A stretch of 63,585 nt of DNA, the filler included, from Octopus bimaculoides (Eukaryota), in assembly GCF_001194135.2 (NCBI RefSeq). It is 10 parts of 9 records of this genome, joined end to end, with 100 filler letters (N's around TTAATTAATTAA, not from the genome) between each part and the next. Parts side by side here need not be neighbours in the genome. Positions count along the whole stretch, not along the records: positions 2,949 to 16,216 come from NC_068983.1; positions 16,317 to 26,627 come from NC_068984.1; 8 more parts are not named here. One strand, written 5' to 3'. Within the stretch, counting starts at the first letter, position 1. Each line of letters starts with the position of its first letter. Below, piece after piece: positions 12,740 to 25,773 of this stretch. The position numbers and the translations under genes were made by a program. The notes beneath the pieces are model-generated. The model worked only from the letters and a program-made list of their open reading frames with translations, ran no database searches and was not told the origin of the DNA.

Positions 12740-13258
12740 ATCAAATATAATTAGGTATTATGTTTGTGTATATGCATGTATGAAGGTATGCATGTATATT
12801 TTGGTTAATAACCTTATAGCGTGCTTTCCAAAGCTCCTCAAAGTGTATCGGCTACCAAATGCCATCATATAGTAGGACTTCTTTCACTGGATATACATGT
12901 GGAAGTCCGTGCATGAATGGAACACTATTAATACATCTGTCACACGCACATGTGCACATAAAATCATCCATACACAGGCACCTTCAAAAATGCATTTTTA
13001 TACACATGCACACATACGAACACATATGAATGCAACTGTTTATAAGGACATGCACATGTAGGACTAAAGGATACTAGCTTGTATCTATATTTGTATTTAT
13101 GCAAACAACTTCACACTCAAATGTATGCATTTATTTAGCTATTTATATAGTCATAGTTACCACGAGCAGAACAGAGAGCGCGGAAGGAGAGATGGCACAC
13201 GTATATATGTTTGTATGTCTGTCTTCATGTATGCATATATGCACACGCTAAGATATAT

Positions 13259-13339
<81 letters not shown>

Positions 13340-13570
13340 CGTATGTATATATATGTATATATACGTACACTTTTTTCATATGTACATATATACAGAAACT
13401 TGTATATGTACATATAAATATATATATTTACTTATATTCACATATGCACACAAGCGCGCACGCACACACACACACACACACGATTACATACAAACATGCG
13501 CGTGCGCACTGACGCATGCAAACATACACAAACAAACAAGCTGACATCCCTGCGCACGCACATATATATG
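10680..13570. repeat. Extended CA/TA/TG/CATA low-complexity region including a gap
   Basis: Direct reading; source of many spurious YI/HT/CV ORFs. Confidence 0.9.
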
Positions 13571-13829
13571 TCCCTAAAAACATGCACAGACACTGATATC
13601 TCCGTTCAACATATAGATCAACTTAATTCTTTCAGTGTTTTTTCTTTTCTCGTCTCTGAAGGGTGGGGAAGGGGTATTATTGTTTGTTTATTTTTCCTTT
13701 CATTCCATTCCTTATTCACCTTGTCTCCATTATTTTTTTTTTCTATGAAAAAAGTTTTTCGAAAAATGTCTTTCGATTCCTATACTTTTTTCTCTACTTT
13801 TCAAGTTTATTCATCGTCGCCGACATCAT

Positions 13830-14135
13830 GATCTACATCTCCGCCTCCACCACACCTCCCTCCTCCTCACCGTCATCAGCATCATGGACATCATCATCAT
13901 TATCGTCGTCATCATAATCATGATCGTGGTCGTCCTCCTCCTCCTCGTCAGTATCATCGTCCTCGTCATCATCATTGTGGTCATTATTATAACCGTTACT
14001 GTAAAAATTGTGTTCGTCGTCAATGTCGTCAACGTCGTCGACGATATCATGATTACCATTGTTGTTGTCGTCATCACAGCCCTCTTCCTATTGCTCCTCC
14101 TCCTCCTCCTTCTCCTCCTCCTCCTCATCATCAAT
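13830..14135. repeat. Degenerate TCA/TCC/TCG trinucleotide tract
   Basis: Direct reading. Confidence 0.85.
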
Positions 14136-15353
14136 ACGATCATCATTGACACATCCGGTTTAAATTTTAAACCCGCACCCACAGTGGTGCTATTTTTCAC
14201 TTGCTCCTATTCAAAGTACTGAGCGCCAAGATGAATCGTTTCTCGAATTCCACACTTTCATAGCATCAGCCTGGTAGTCTCTTCTTTTACTTTCATAGCA
14301 TCAACTTAATATCTCTTCCTTTAGTCAGAATGATCTATTGCTGATAGATTTTCATAATCGAGGAACTGGTCACATCACAGTATGATACCAAATCATTTTC
14401 AATTTTCCAGTGACCCCCTCACCCCAACTCTTTATGTCTGATATTAAAATGCTAAAGACAAAATCCTGTGGTGTAAAAAATAAGTCATGTAATAGAAAGG
14501 GGATGGTAAATGTGCGTGTGTGATCGAGTGAGGAGGAAAGAGATTCCAATGGACGCTAGTGAAACCTGCACATATACACACACCTTCACACACATGCGAA
14601 TGCTATTGATGCACACATACACACACATTCTCTCACAAACGCACTTATAAACGCCATCCCCCCCACAAGCGCACACGCACACATGTATAGTTCTGCCGCC
14701 GAGGGTACAATCAAGAAATATAGCATACATCACAAATAAGTATGATTCAAATTTTATCAAATTTGTTGGCGCTTATACGAAATGATAAAATGAATATTAA
14801 TTTTCAAAAAGAAAATGCATATTGTCGTAAAATGTAATCAAATAAACAATATTTAAAAAAGTGTGTATTATGCATGATATAATACGCGTGTGTGTGCGTA
14901 CATGTGTGTGTGTGTGTGTGTGTAATTACGACTTAAAAACAGCAGTAATAATATACCTATCTTTGCGGGAGCAACTGTTTTATCAAAGGCGTATCTTGTC
15001 ATGAAATGCTCGAAATACGGATTAGAAAAACAGCCGACAATTGATGAAGAGTCGTTCTTTCTGTTGCATGTCTTGTCATCCATTTGTTTCCTTCGTTGTT
15101 CGCAAAAAAAACAGTTCATATTCCATGTATTCGTATTTCGTATTCTATATTTTCGTATTTTTTGCTGTTCAAGTTCTGTGACGTCCTGTGCCCACATATG
15201 CATGTGTATATACGTATATATGTAAGTATGTACATATATGTATGTATATATGCATATATATACTATTTATATTTATATATATATATATATAAATACATAT
15301 ATATACATACATATGTATATATTAATATATATAAATATATATATATGCATATA

Positions 15354-15417
<64 letters not shown>

Positions 15418-16158
15418 ATCTTCTATATAAATGAAGCTATATCCTTTAATTTGCTGCTTTTCTAAAGAAAAGCAGCAATTTGAGAAGGAATGAGAAGATA
15501 CATTGCGGAACTATTATTTTAACGAGTTATATCTATCTATCGCCCGAAGAAACACATCTGCACAGTTGGATGCTCTTGGGCAAGTAATTAGGTATCCCAC
15601 ACGTGAGGGATCGATGCTCGAAGTGCCGAAACAATTGTTGTGATTAATAAAAATTCTCGTCTCTTCCATCTTACGGCTCTCAGTTACCACATACATACTA
15701 CACACACATGCACACGCGTGCGCGCATAGTGCTGAACCGCTGCCTACTTTAATTATTTGAATACACATTAACGGTTCGCTAAATCACCCGTAGATTCCTA
15801 TGGTGTTGGCTTATATACTAATGGCGGTCTTGTCCGGAATTTGGCCAGTTGTGCCGACGCTACGACGCTACTGAAGAGCCTCCCGTGTTAATACCGAAAC
15901 TGTCTGACAGTATAGGGATACCTCGACTGCCACTTTGTGCTGTTTGCGGTTGCTGTCAGTGAGTATGCATACAATTATGTGCGTTGACTGCAGCGTCAGA
16001 GCGCTTTAGCTCTTATTTCTAGTGGTGTAGGTGTCCTAACATCGTCTGTCATATTTAATGACAATTATAGTTTTCCCTTTGGTGATACATTGCTAAGCCG
16101 TTGCCTATTTTATTTACACACACACACACACACACATATACATATATACATATGTAAG

Positions 16159-16202
<44 letters not shown>

Positions 16203-16316
16203 CATATACATATATANNNNNNNNNNNNNNNNNNNNNNNNNNNNNNNNNNNNNNNNNNNNTTAATTAATTAANNNNNNNNNNNNNNNNNNNNNNNNNNNN
16301 NNNNNNNNNNNNNNNN

Positions 16317-16361
<45 letters not shown>

Positions 16362-16374
16362 TGTAAATTGTTGC

Positions 16375-16517
16375 AAGCATGGCTGTGTGGTTGAGAAATT
16401 TGCTTCACAATCACGTGGTTTCAGGTTCAATCCCACTGCCGTCTACTCTAGCTCTGAACCGATCAATGCCTTGTTAGTAAATTTGGAAGATGGAAACTGT
16501 GTGGAATCCTGTCGTGA

Positions 16518-16586
<69 letters not shown>
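16375..16586 (+). mobile_element. SINE A 5' half running into a gap at its internal microsatellite
   Basis: tggctgtgtggtt..caggttcaatcccactg..gccttgttagtaaatttggaagatggaaactg. Confidence 0.7.
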
Positions 16587-17519
16587 NNNNNNNNNNNNNN
16601 NNNNNNNNNNNNNNNNNNNNNNNNNNNNNNNNNNNNNNNNNNNNNNNNNNNNNNNNNNNNNNNNNNNNNNNNNNNNNNNNNNNNNNNNNNNNNNNNNNNN
16701 NNNNNNNNNNNNNNNNNNNNNNNNNNNNNNNNNNNNNNNNNNNNNNNNNNNNNNNNNNNNNNNNNNNNNNNNNNNNNNNNNNNNNNNNNNNNNNNNNNNN
16801 NNNNNNNNNNNNNNNNNNNNNNNNNNNNNNNNNNNNNNNNNNNNNNNNNNNNNNNNNNNNNNNNNNNNNNNNNNNNNNNNNNNNNNNNNNNNNNNNNNNN
16901 NNNNNNNNNNNNNNNNNNNNNNNNNNNNNNNNNNNNNNNNNNNNNNNNNNNNNNNNNNNNNNNNNNNNNNNNNNNNNNNNNNNNNNNNNNNNNNNNNNNN
17001 NNNNNNNNNNNNNNNNNNNNNNNNNNNNNNNNNNNNNNNNNNNNNNNNNNNNNNNNNNNNNNNNNNNNNNNNNNNNNNNNNNNNNNNNNNNNNNNNNNNN
17101 NNNNNNNNNNNNNNNNNNNNNNNNNNNNNNNNNNNNNNNNNNNNNNNNNNNNNNNNNNNNNNNNNNNNNNNNNNNNNNNNNNNNNNNNNNNNNNNNNNNN
17201 NNNNNNNNNNNNNNNNNNNNNNNNNNNNNNNNNNNNNNNNNNNNNNNNNNNNNNNNNNNNNNNNNNNNNNNNNNNNNNNNNNNNNNNNNNNNNNNNNNNN
17301 NNNNNNNNNNNNNNNNNNNNNNNNNNNNNNNNNNNNNNNNNNNNNNNNNNNNNNNNNNNNNNNNNNNNNNNNNNNNNNNNNAAAAAAAAAAAAGGACTCA
17401 TTTGATGAGGTCACATAAGTTGCTATAAAAATGTTTTTCCGTAAAAACGAAGGGGAATTTAAAACGAAAGGTATTATAAGAATGATATAGTACCAGTGTT
17501 TAAAATAATAGTTTTCGGC

Positions 17520-17820
17520 GAGTGTAAAGCAATATTCTTTGCAGCTTCATGGTTCCGGCACATTGGGCTAGTGTCTTCTGTTATAGTTCTGGGCCGACCA
17601 ATGCCTTGTGAGGGAATTTGGTTGACTGAAACTCGGTAGGATCCCCTCGTATATATGTGTATGTGTGTTTGTGTGCTTGTGTGTGTGTTTATCCTATCAC
17701 CGCTTAAGAACTGATGTCGGCTTGTTTACGTCCTCGTAACTTAGCTGTTCAACATAAGAGAACGACAGAGTATGTACAAGACTTGAAAAGAAAAATCAGT
17801 AATGGGATTGATTTGTCCCC
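17520..17820 (+). mobile_element. Degenerate SINE A
   Basis: gtgtcttctgttatag..gggccgaccaatgccttgtgag..tgtttacgtcctcgtaacttagc. Confidence 0.65.
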
Positions 17821-18172
17821 CTTTCGAATTTTGCAATAAATGGATAGCTTCTCTGTAGAACAAGGGAGTAAATGGAAGTTAGATCGAAAATTACCATTAA
17901 TGCATGGCGATGAGTAAAACATACAAAAAAATAAGCGAAACACAGGTGCGACTGAGATGGAGACAGAATTACTTCTGCCTTTACAGCGCGTAAAGAAAAC
18001 GTTGTTGTAGGAATGTACGCAGCACATGTACTACAGCAGTACTATACATAGTTTTAACACTGAAATTGAAGGGCAGGAGCGAATTATGCCTACCTAATTT
18101 ACAAAAAATAAGATATATTGCATTTTATGCATAGTAATCAGAGTAAACTTCATAATTTTATTNNNNNNNNNN

Positions 18173-18218
<46 letters not shown>

Positions 18219-18635
18219 CCCATATGTATACATACACACAGAGACATATATGTATATGCTATATATAACAGCATAGTCTTAATCTTTTCAGCCAGTCTAA
18301 TCACTTACTACTTTTTACTGCGTACGTGAGAATAAAACTTCGACAACGAAATGATACTGAATACAAATGACTTAAAATCACGATTCTCCACTCTTTCTGT
18401 CCATCGTCAGATAAAAACTGCAGAATAATTACAGTGTGAAGCCAAAACTATGTTCATTAAGCAAAAGGATATACTTTACATTATATTTCAAATTACTTAA
18501 AATCGCTGAGTTGTATCTTATGATTAGTTAATTAAATATACGGCCATTTTTTTAAATGGTATCTTTAACATACACCCAAACACAAACCCACCCACTCACA
18601 CACACACACGCACACGCACGCACGTACGCATGCAT

Positions 18636-18683
<48 letters not shown>

Positions 18684-19029
18684 NNNNNNNNNNNNNNNNN
18701 NNNNNNNNNNNNNNNNNNNNNNNNNNNNNNNNNNNNNNNNNNNNNNNNNNNNNNNNNNNNNNNNNNNNNNNNNNNNNNNNNNNNNNNNNNNNNNNNNNNN
18801 NNNNNNNNNNNNNNNNNNNNNNNNNNNNNNNNNNNNNNNNNNNNNNNNNNNNNNNNNNNNNNNNNNNNNNNNNNNNNNNNNNNNNNNNNNNNNNNNNNNN
18901 NNNNNNNNNNNNNNNNNNNNNNNNNNNNNNNNNNNNNNNNNNNNNNNNNNNNNNNNNNNNNNNNNNNNNNNNNNNNNNNNNNNNNNNNNNNNNNNNNNNN
19001 NNNNNNNNNNNNNNNNNNNNNNNNNNNNN

Positions 19030-19070
<41 letters not shown>

Positions 19071-19889
19071 GATTTTTTTCCCTACGTTAAGTAGTCATAC
19101 TTGCTCTAACATTTAAAAACCTCTGGGCAATGTATTTAATCAAGACCTGTTAAGACAGGCAACGCTTAAAATTCTCGCATTTGGTAGGCATTGAATGCCC
19201 TGCGTTTTCTAAAATGATTCAAATAATATTTGCTAAAGAGCTTACGTTGTTCTTTTCTCACTGCAAACATATTTCTAATTAGATGTTTGATGCTCATTGC
19301 TTTGAATATGTTAACACGAATACAACTATTGAAAATGATCTCTTCCAATTAGCTAAATATAATTGTACGATTTTCCCCAGTAAATTTCTAATCCTTACTC
19401 AAGTATAGATTTTCTATTAGATTTGATGAACAATGTGTCTTAATCAATTTAAAGTAGTTGTTAAAAAAATGAAATTATTTAATAAAAAGTATTGCTTTAG
19501 CAAAACGCACATACGCTCGCGCGCGTAGACACATGGCTGCAGCATACTATAGTAGCTAAATATGATTATGATTTCTCAGAAAATGTAAGTTCTTTACTCA
19601 ACCAATTGCTTTTCTTTAGAATTAATAAACAATTAATCTGATTTTTTTTAAATGAAAAAGTTAAAATAAAACGTCTAGAATTGGCGGCCATCATACATAC
19701 ATACATACATACATACATACATACATTCATACATACATACATACATACATACATACATACATTACACACACACATACATGCATGCATACAGACAGGCAGA
19801 CAGATATATAGATAGTAAGATAGTTAGATACATGAATACACACATCTGAAATTTTTATACTCCTTTATGTGGTATCAAAGGTGCATGCG

Positions 19890-19975
19890 CTATTTGTAGT
19901 AGGCATGTGATGGATTGTGGTTCTGTTGATCGAATCAGCTGGACCCCTCGTCGTCGTAACCGACGGAGTGCCACG
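19890..19975 (+). mobile_element. SINE family C 3' end
   Basis: ttgatcgaatcagctggacccctcgtcgtcgtaaccgacggagtgcca, recognised from memory as a common octopus interspersed repeat end. Confidence 0.5.
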
Positions 19976-20148
19976 ATCTCTTTCCTTTCCTGAGCGTCCA
20001 ATAATACTATCCATATCACGTCCTCACTTTGTTGTTTTTTTGTTTTTTTGTTATTGTTTTTTTGAACTATATATATATATATATNNNNNNNNNNTTTCGC
20101 AAAAACACCAGAACAGGACAAAATGAGAAATATACAGAATAAAGAATT

Positions 20149-20220
20149 ATCTATGGACTGCAGTTTCGAACACTAACGTTTTACTTACATAACAACATCC
20201 GTGTTCTCATCAGCATAGAC
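20149..20220 (-). ncRNA. Type I hammerhead ribozyme, canonical core
   Basis: Minus strand reads GUCUAUG-CUGAUGA-GAACAC-(27 nt)-GUGUUC-GAAAC-UGCA-GUC|CAUAGAU. Stem I is 7 bp, stem II is 6 bp plus an extension, and stem III is 2 bp with palindromic ACUGCAGU. All conserved core nucleotides are present. Predicted cleavage lies between 20156 and 20155. Confidence 0.85.
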
Positions 20221-20465
20221 GTTCTAGAATCAATATAATTTGCAGAACTTTACACGAATTGTCTTCATGAAATAAGACTTGCATATAGTTCTACCGATTA
20301 CACTGGGGCTATTTTTCAAAATGCTTCAGCTCCGGTGCGCAAAATTCTGGAAACAATTCTGCAGAGAATAATTCACTGCAGTATATGTTGCCGGCTGGAG
20401 AACATAACTATTTAAATTATTATTTATATAGATAGGGTGATGAATTGAATACTAATTCAATTTAA

Positions 20466-20790
20466 AACCAAGTGTCGGCCGAGTCTATCGTGAAAATTGC
20501 TCTGCCACCTTCCCTTAACCGGGAAGGCAAGGCAGTCTTCATCGTGCTGGTGGCCATGGTGAAAGAATGTGTGTGGTGGACTCGAGCGAAAGTTTTAGAG
20601 ACAAACACTTTCCTCTCTGGCCAATCGCTCATCAACTTTTTCAAGTACCACTTGAAAAGGAAGGTGAGAATAGAGAGGCAAGTTTTGTCTCGTGAAAGTT
20701 TCAATAAAAGATGGGTGTGTGTAGCAAAGATGATACGCGCGAATGACGAAACCACTTTGAGTATGATCCTGTAAATCGAAAAAAAAAGAG
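20466..20790 (+). mobile_element. Tx1/L1-clade LINE 3' end, 5'-truncated, with poly(A)
   Basis: SAESIVKIALPPSLNREGKAVFIVLVAMVKECVWWTR...LINFFKYHLKRKVRIER..F.KRWV.VA-stop, then aaaaaaaaa. This fits the L1/Tx1 ORF2 C-terminal pattern (K..IW..R ... F..RW). Confidence 0.7.
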
Positions 20791-21749
20791 AGCGANNNNN
20801 NNNNNNNNNNNNNNNNNNNNNNNNNNNNNNNNNNNNNNNNNNNNNNNNNNNNNNNNNNNNNNNNNNNNNNNNNNNNNNNNNNNNNNNNNNNNNNNNNNNN
20901 NNNNNNNNNNNNNNNNNNNNNNNNNNNNNNNNNNNNNNNNNNNNNNNNNNNNNNNNNNNNNNNNNNNNNNNNNNNNNNNNNNNNNNNNNNNNNNNNNNNN
21001 NNNNNNNNNNNNNNNNNNNNNNNNNNNNNNNNNNNNNNNNNNNNNNNNNNNNNNNNNNNNNNNNNNNNNNNNNNNNNNNNNNNNNNNNNNNNNNNNNNNN
21101 NNNNNNNNNNNNNNNNNNNNNNNNNNNNNNNNNNNNNNNNNNNNNNNNNNNNNNNNNNNNNNNNNNNNNNNNNNNNNNNNNNNNNNNNNNNNNNNNNNNN
21201 NNNNNNNNNNNNNNNNNNNNNNNNNNNNNNNNNNNNNNNNNNNNNNNNNNNNNNNNNNNNNNNNNNNNNNNNNNNNNNNNNNNNNNNNNNNNNNNNNNNN
21301 NNNNNNNNNNNNNNNNNNNNNNNNNNNNNNNNNNNNNNATATATATATATATACATGAGGTTATATTCAAAGTTTAGAAGTGGTTTCCAAACTTTTCGCT
21401 TGTTTTTCTGACCGTTGTATCTTCGAGCGCTCAAAGTAACCTGGTTATTCCTTTCCAAGATCTAACCATCACTAAAAATTAAGTTACCTAAGTTGTCAGT
21501 TCCTTTTTTTTTTCAGAAGGAACCAACAGTTTTTCGGTGCCCGTAGCAGTCAAATCGACATCTAGCATAACAAGGTAACATCGACACAGTGTGTTCCCTA
21601 GAGACGACACTTACTCGGCGAATGAACTCACTACATTTAAATATAATGTTATTGAGAGTAATAGATATGGTCCTATGTAAAAGAGTCGTGGACAGAACAG
21701 ACAAAATGGCTGACGACAAGGATGATGGAATAAGGACGAGGAAGAAGGG

Positions 21750-22200
21750 TAGTTAATGGTGGTTGTATTAGCGATAGAGGTACTGGTGGTGCTGTTTGTT
21801 GCTGGTGGTAGTGTTGATGATGGTGGCTGTGGTGACGTTGTTGGTGATAGCTGTGGTGGGGGACAAGGAGATGGTAGTGATGGTGGTGGCTTTGGTGATA
21901 GTGAAGATGGTAGTGGCTGCGATGGTGTTGGTGGTGGCTATGATGGTGATGGTGGTGGTGGTAGTAATAGAGGTGGCTGTGATAGTGAAGGTACTGATAA
22001 TGTGGTGGTGGTGGTGGTGGTAGCGGTTGTAGTCATGGTGGTGGTGTTGTTGGTGATGGTGGAACAGATGGTAGGAACAATAGCAGTGGTCGTGGTGGTG
22101 ATACTGAAGGTAGTATGGTGATAGCGGAGGTGGTGGCAGTGGTTGTGATAGTGGTGATATCATAATAATTTTGCTGATGATTATGATGATGGTGAAAGGT
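21750..22200. repeat. Degenerate GGT/GAT trinucleotide tract
   Basis: Direct reading. Confidence 0.85.
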
Positions 22201-23769
22201 GGCAGCCGTGTTGATAGATTTTGTGATTTTGTCGAAATGATTGTGGTATCCAGTTCGGATCTAGTTTATTTTTCATTCGCATTTTTTAAAAGACAGTAAA
22301 AAAAATCTGAAAATCGGCTATAATAATATAGTTTTCCAGTCTTATTGCTATGAAGGTGTGATGTTGTGGAGAAAAAAATTGGAGGGAAAAGTTACAGAGG
22401 TTTAAAAGTCGAAAAAACTGTGTATTTTTAGCCAATAGCGAGGCAGAAATTTTCTGCGTTTAGTGGAGTGGTGTCAACTTTAAGGTTGTGCCCTGCGAAA
22501 TTTATAGTTTAGCGTCTGTGAAATGACCTGTTCATTGTAGGTTTCTAAATAAACAGAAATACCTAATAAAATCAACATGTATAATCTTACTGTTTCTTTT
22601 GTCTCTTCATTGATTGCATGTTTTTATTATTAAAAAAAAGAAATTGTTATATTAACATATTTGTCTGCATGTGTTTGCTTTTTGCGTATCTCAATATTAT
22701 GTATACCTGTCATGTATTTGTGCTAATCATTTGAGTAACGTTTCCATGCTTGGATTTGTAAACTACGATAAGAATAACACTGGTCAACAAAGGATTTGTC
22801 CCAAGAAAAAGAACATCTGCATCTTATGTTTTTGCATGCAGAATTCAAAAATAATGTCATATTATCTGTATCACCCACAGTTTCTCTGTTCCACGATATC
22901 CTTCTCAGTTCCTGTTACGTGGGCTAAATTTCAGTTAAGCTGTTGAAATGTGAAGCTAACGGTTTAAGAAATACTTCTAATTTAAATGTTTATGAATAGA
23001 ATTAACCTAGTGAAATCATAAATCCAGCTATCTGAGTCAATGAGTCCCTGAAGCTTGGCTATACTGAGCTGATGAGTCACCGATGCTTTGTCAGTATAGT
23101 GCTTGAAGCGTAGGTGTGCGGTTATGTATTGAGTTCACAAATTCTATTCACCTTCATAATGCCAAGAAGCTGTATAAACATCGCAAACAACTTTTGTTAT
23201 ATATGAAAAATATGTAAAATATAAAGAAAATTGACGAAAAATATCAATAATAAAATTCTAATTGATATATATAAATTTTTATTAAAACAAAACACGCGGG
23301 TGAAGTAAAGCTTGTGGTGTGAAGAATCAACGCAACATGCAGGTGAAGTGAAACACAACACAAAGTGCGGTTGTCACGGTAACAAGTTGTTAATGCCACG
23401 CTGTCTGTTGATTGGCTAAAATTACCCAAATTTCCCAAGTTTAATTCCAAATAACATCAGATCCTTTAATTTACAAAATAAAGTAATTGGTTAATCGTAA
23501 TCAAAATTCAGAGTTGCATCGATACGCCAAAATTGAAAGCAATCCGAGCAAAATTAAAGGGGGCTCATTTTGCGAATGAAAAATACTAGATCCTCCAGTT
23601 CTTGTAAAATGCCAAAGTCGTCGAGTTTGCAGTTGTTTAATGAAAATTTCCTGCATCTGTATCTGTATGTGTTTATGTGTATGGGTATGTGTGTGTGTAT
23701 GTGTGTGTGTGTATGTGTATATGTGTGTGTGTGTATGTATGTATGTATGTATGTATGTATGTATGTATG

Positions 23770-24135
23770 TTCTCTTTCTCTTGTTAATGTAGGATAAATT
23801 TTGACCGGCCACCTGCTTGGTAGTAAGGTTGTGAATGAAAGCATCTTGTTCCGTTCATCATCCTTAAATTCTTAAGAAGGTCTTGCAGATTTTTATAGTC
23901 CCAGATATCGTGAACAATTGTAGGGTGTGAATTAAGGATTTGCGTTCTCTTTCCGGGATCCCAAGTTCAGCCATGATTAGCTCCAAACGGTTTGGTATGC
24001 ACTTTGTTGCTTCAACTATAACAAGTATGAAACTGAAAATGTATCTTGGGAACTGGATTTGCACACTCCTTATCAATGGTCCATAGTTGTTCTCTTTCTC
24101 TTGTATTTTACTAAGCACATTGTACCGATCAATTT
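23770..24135 (-). mobile_element. R4-like RLE LINE 3' end with (CATA)n tail
   Basis: KIQEKENNYGPLIRSVQIQFPRYIFSFILVIVEA...LQLFTISGTIKICKTFLRI-stop, a short UTR, then (CATA)n at about 23733-23769. Confidence 0.75.
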
Positions 24136-24900
24136 TCAAATGCCTGCAACAATTTTGGCCTCACTATGAATACTGCAAAACAAAAGACCAGCACCACTCT
24201 TTCCCAGAACATGCATAGTGTTCCCTTCCTAGAATAAAATTACATGGAACTGAGTCGAGAAATGAAAACAATTTTGAATATTTTGGAAATATACTAACCT
24301 CGAATTCCGACATTGATATTTAAGTGTCATTACACTTTTGGAAAACTGCAACAAAGAGTGTAGGACAGCGCTGGTATTCGCAATGATACCGAAATTAATA
24401 TTTGCAACGCTGTCATCAAATGGAAGTAGCATTGCAAACTTTAATTTTGGTGTCTCCTCTATGATGTTGAAACATGGACTCATACAAAACAAAACAAAAC
24501 AAAAAACAACAATCCCCCACCACCATTTCCACATGTCTCACTTAAAGAAGATTCTTGGCAAAATATAGCAGGATTGAATTCTCCCTATGTACAAAGAGTC
24601 AGGCATGCCAAGACACCTAGATTATTGGTCAAGATCAAGCAAATCCATATTACATTGGACTGGATACAATACTCGAACGTTTGACTTAAGACTGTCACAA
24701 GCAATCTTCTATTCTGAGCTTGAAAACTTTAAAGTACAATGGTGATTCACTTTGTAAAAGATTCAAAGATGCATCGGTGCAAACCTAAAAGACTATAACA
24801 CCAACCCAAACTCATAAGAAGATATTATTCGAGACGGGTTCTGCTTGGAAGGAAGTTAGTACCAAGAAGCTTGAATTTCCATGAATCTGTATAGCAGAGT
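24135..24900 (+). mobile_element. Degenerate RTE-clade LINE RT/C-terminal region
   Basis: FSNACNNFGLTMNTAKT, FEYFGNILTSNSDID, FGKLQQRV, LLYDVETWT, FHMSHLKKILG, HWTGY, IFYSEL, KRFKDA occur in order with stops and frameshifts. Confidence 0.8.
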
Positions 24901-25106
24901 CGAAAAAGAGAAGCTCTCAAATCAAGCCCTTAAAATCCTAGTGTAAGTGAACATTAGTGTGCAGTCTGGGAAAAACATCTGTCTGCAAGAGAAGGCCTTA
25001 TTGATTATACCAAAATCTATAAACAGGGAATATTTCCCTTTTTATTGACAGTTGCTAAGTCATCGTCAAATGTGACTATCGACTTGTATGTATGTATGTA
25101 TGTATG

Positions 25107-25498
25107 TTATCAATCAGTTTCATTTCTGTATTTCTTGTCCATAGAGAAAGAGCCGGACTCTAACATAGATTCAAGGCTCCTTCATTGGAACTTTTATCAA
25201 CATCATCTAGGTATTTGTGCATATGTGTGTGTGTGCAGTATTTGGTGTTAGTGTATGCGCAGATTTGTATGTTTGTTTTATGGATGCGTTTTTATGTCTA
25301 GATGCATGCATATGTATTTATGTGCTAAATTTTTGGAAAGTTTTACATATCTTTACAGTTCCATTGATGGCTTGAATCTGTAGTCTTCTAATCAGCCTTT
25401 TTCTTTCAGGTTTTGAGAACCCTAATTTTTCCAGGTTTTTGTTGAGGCAGTTTGTTACATATCCCAATGCCCCAACAATCACGGGTATGAATCTGAAC
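25107..25498 (-). mobile_element. R4-like RLE LINE 3' end embedded in (CATA)n on both sides
   Basis: FRFIPVIVGALGYVTNCLNKNLEKLGFSKPERKRLIRRLQIQAINGTVKICKTFQKFST-stop plus 3' UTR; (TATG)n lies at 25085-25106 and from 25499 on the plus strand. Confidence 0.8.
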
Positions 25499-25735
25499 TA
25501 TGTATGTATGTATGTATGTATGTATGTATGTATGTATGTATGTATGTATGTACGTACGTATGTATGTATGTATGTATGTATGTATGTATGTACGTATGTA
25601 TGTATGCATGCATGTATGTGTGTATTATGTATGTATATGTATTTCTCTCTGTTTTGCTTATATGTGTGTGTGTGAGTGTGTGTGTATGTGCGTGTGTGTG
25701 TGTACTTATATCATAAGTGCATGTACGTGTTGTGC

Positions 25736-25773
<38 letters not shown>

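Noticed and set aside
10933-13544. Long YI/HT/CV/YVCM ORFs and all X-containing ORFs throughout the window
   Set aside because: Dinucleotide or tetranucleotide repeats and N gaps; no coding signal.
14950-15110. Both strands open for about 50 codons, with a possible minus-strand donor
   Set aside because: Weak acceptor, no recognisable homology and no partner exon.
18309-18417. Candidate minus-strand exon FLSDDGQKEWRIVIL..
   Set aside because: Splice sites are plausible, but there is no homology or compatible neighbour; expected by chance in AT-rich DNA.
20594-24345. Apparent three-exon minus-strand gene (24299-24345, 21615-21672, 20594-20770) with compatible phases
   Set aside because: The first and last pieces are the antisense strands of clear RTE and Tx1 LINE coding sequence, and the stitched peptide resembles no known family. 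Splice compatibility is most likely chance.
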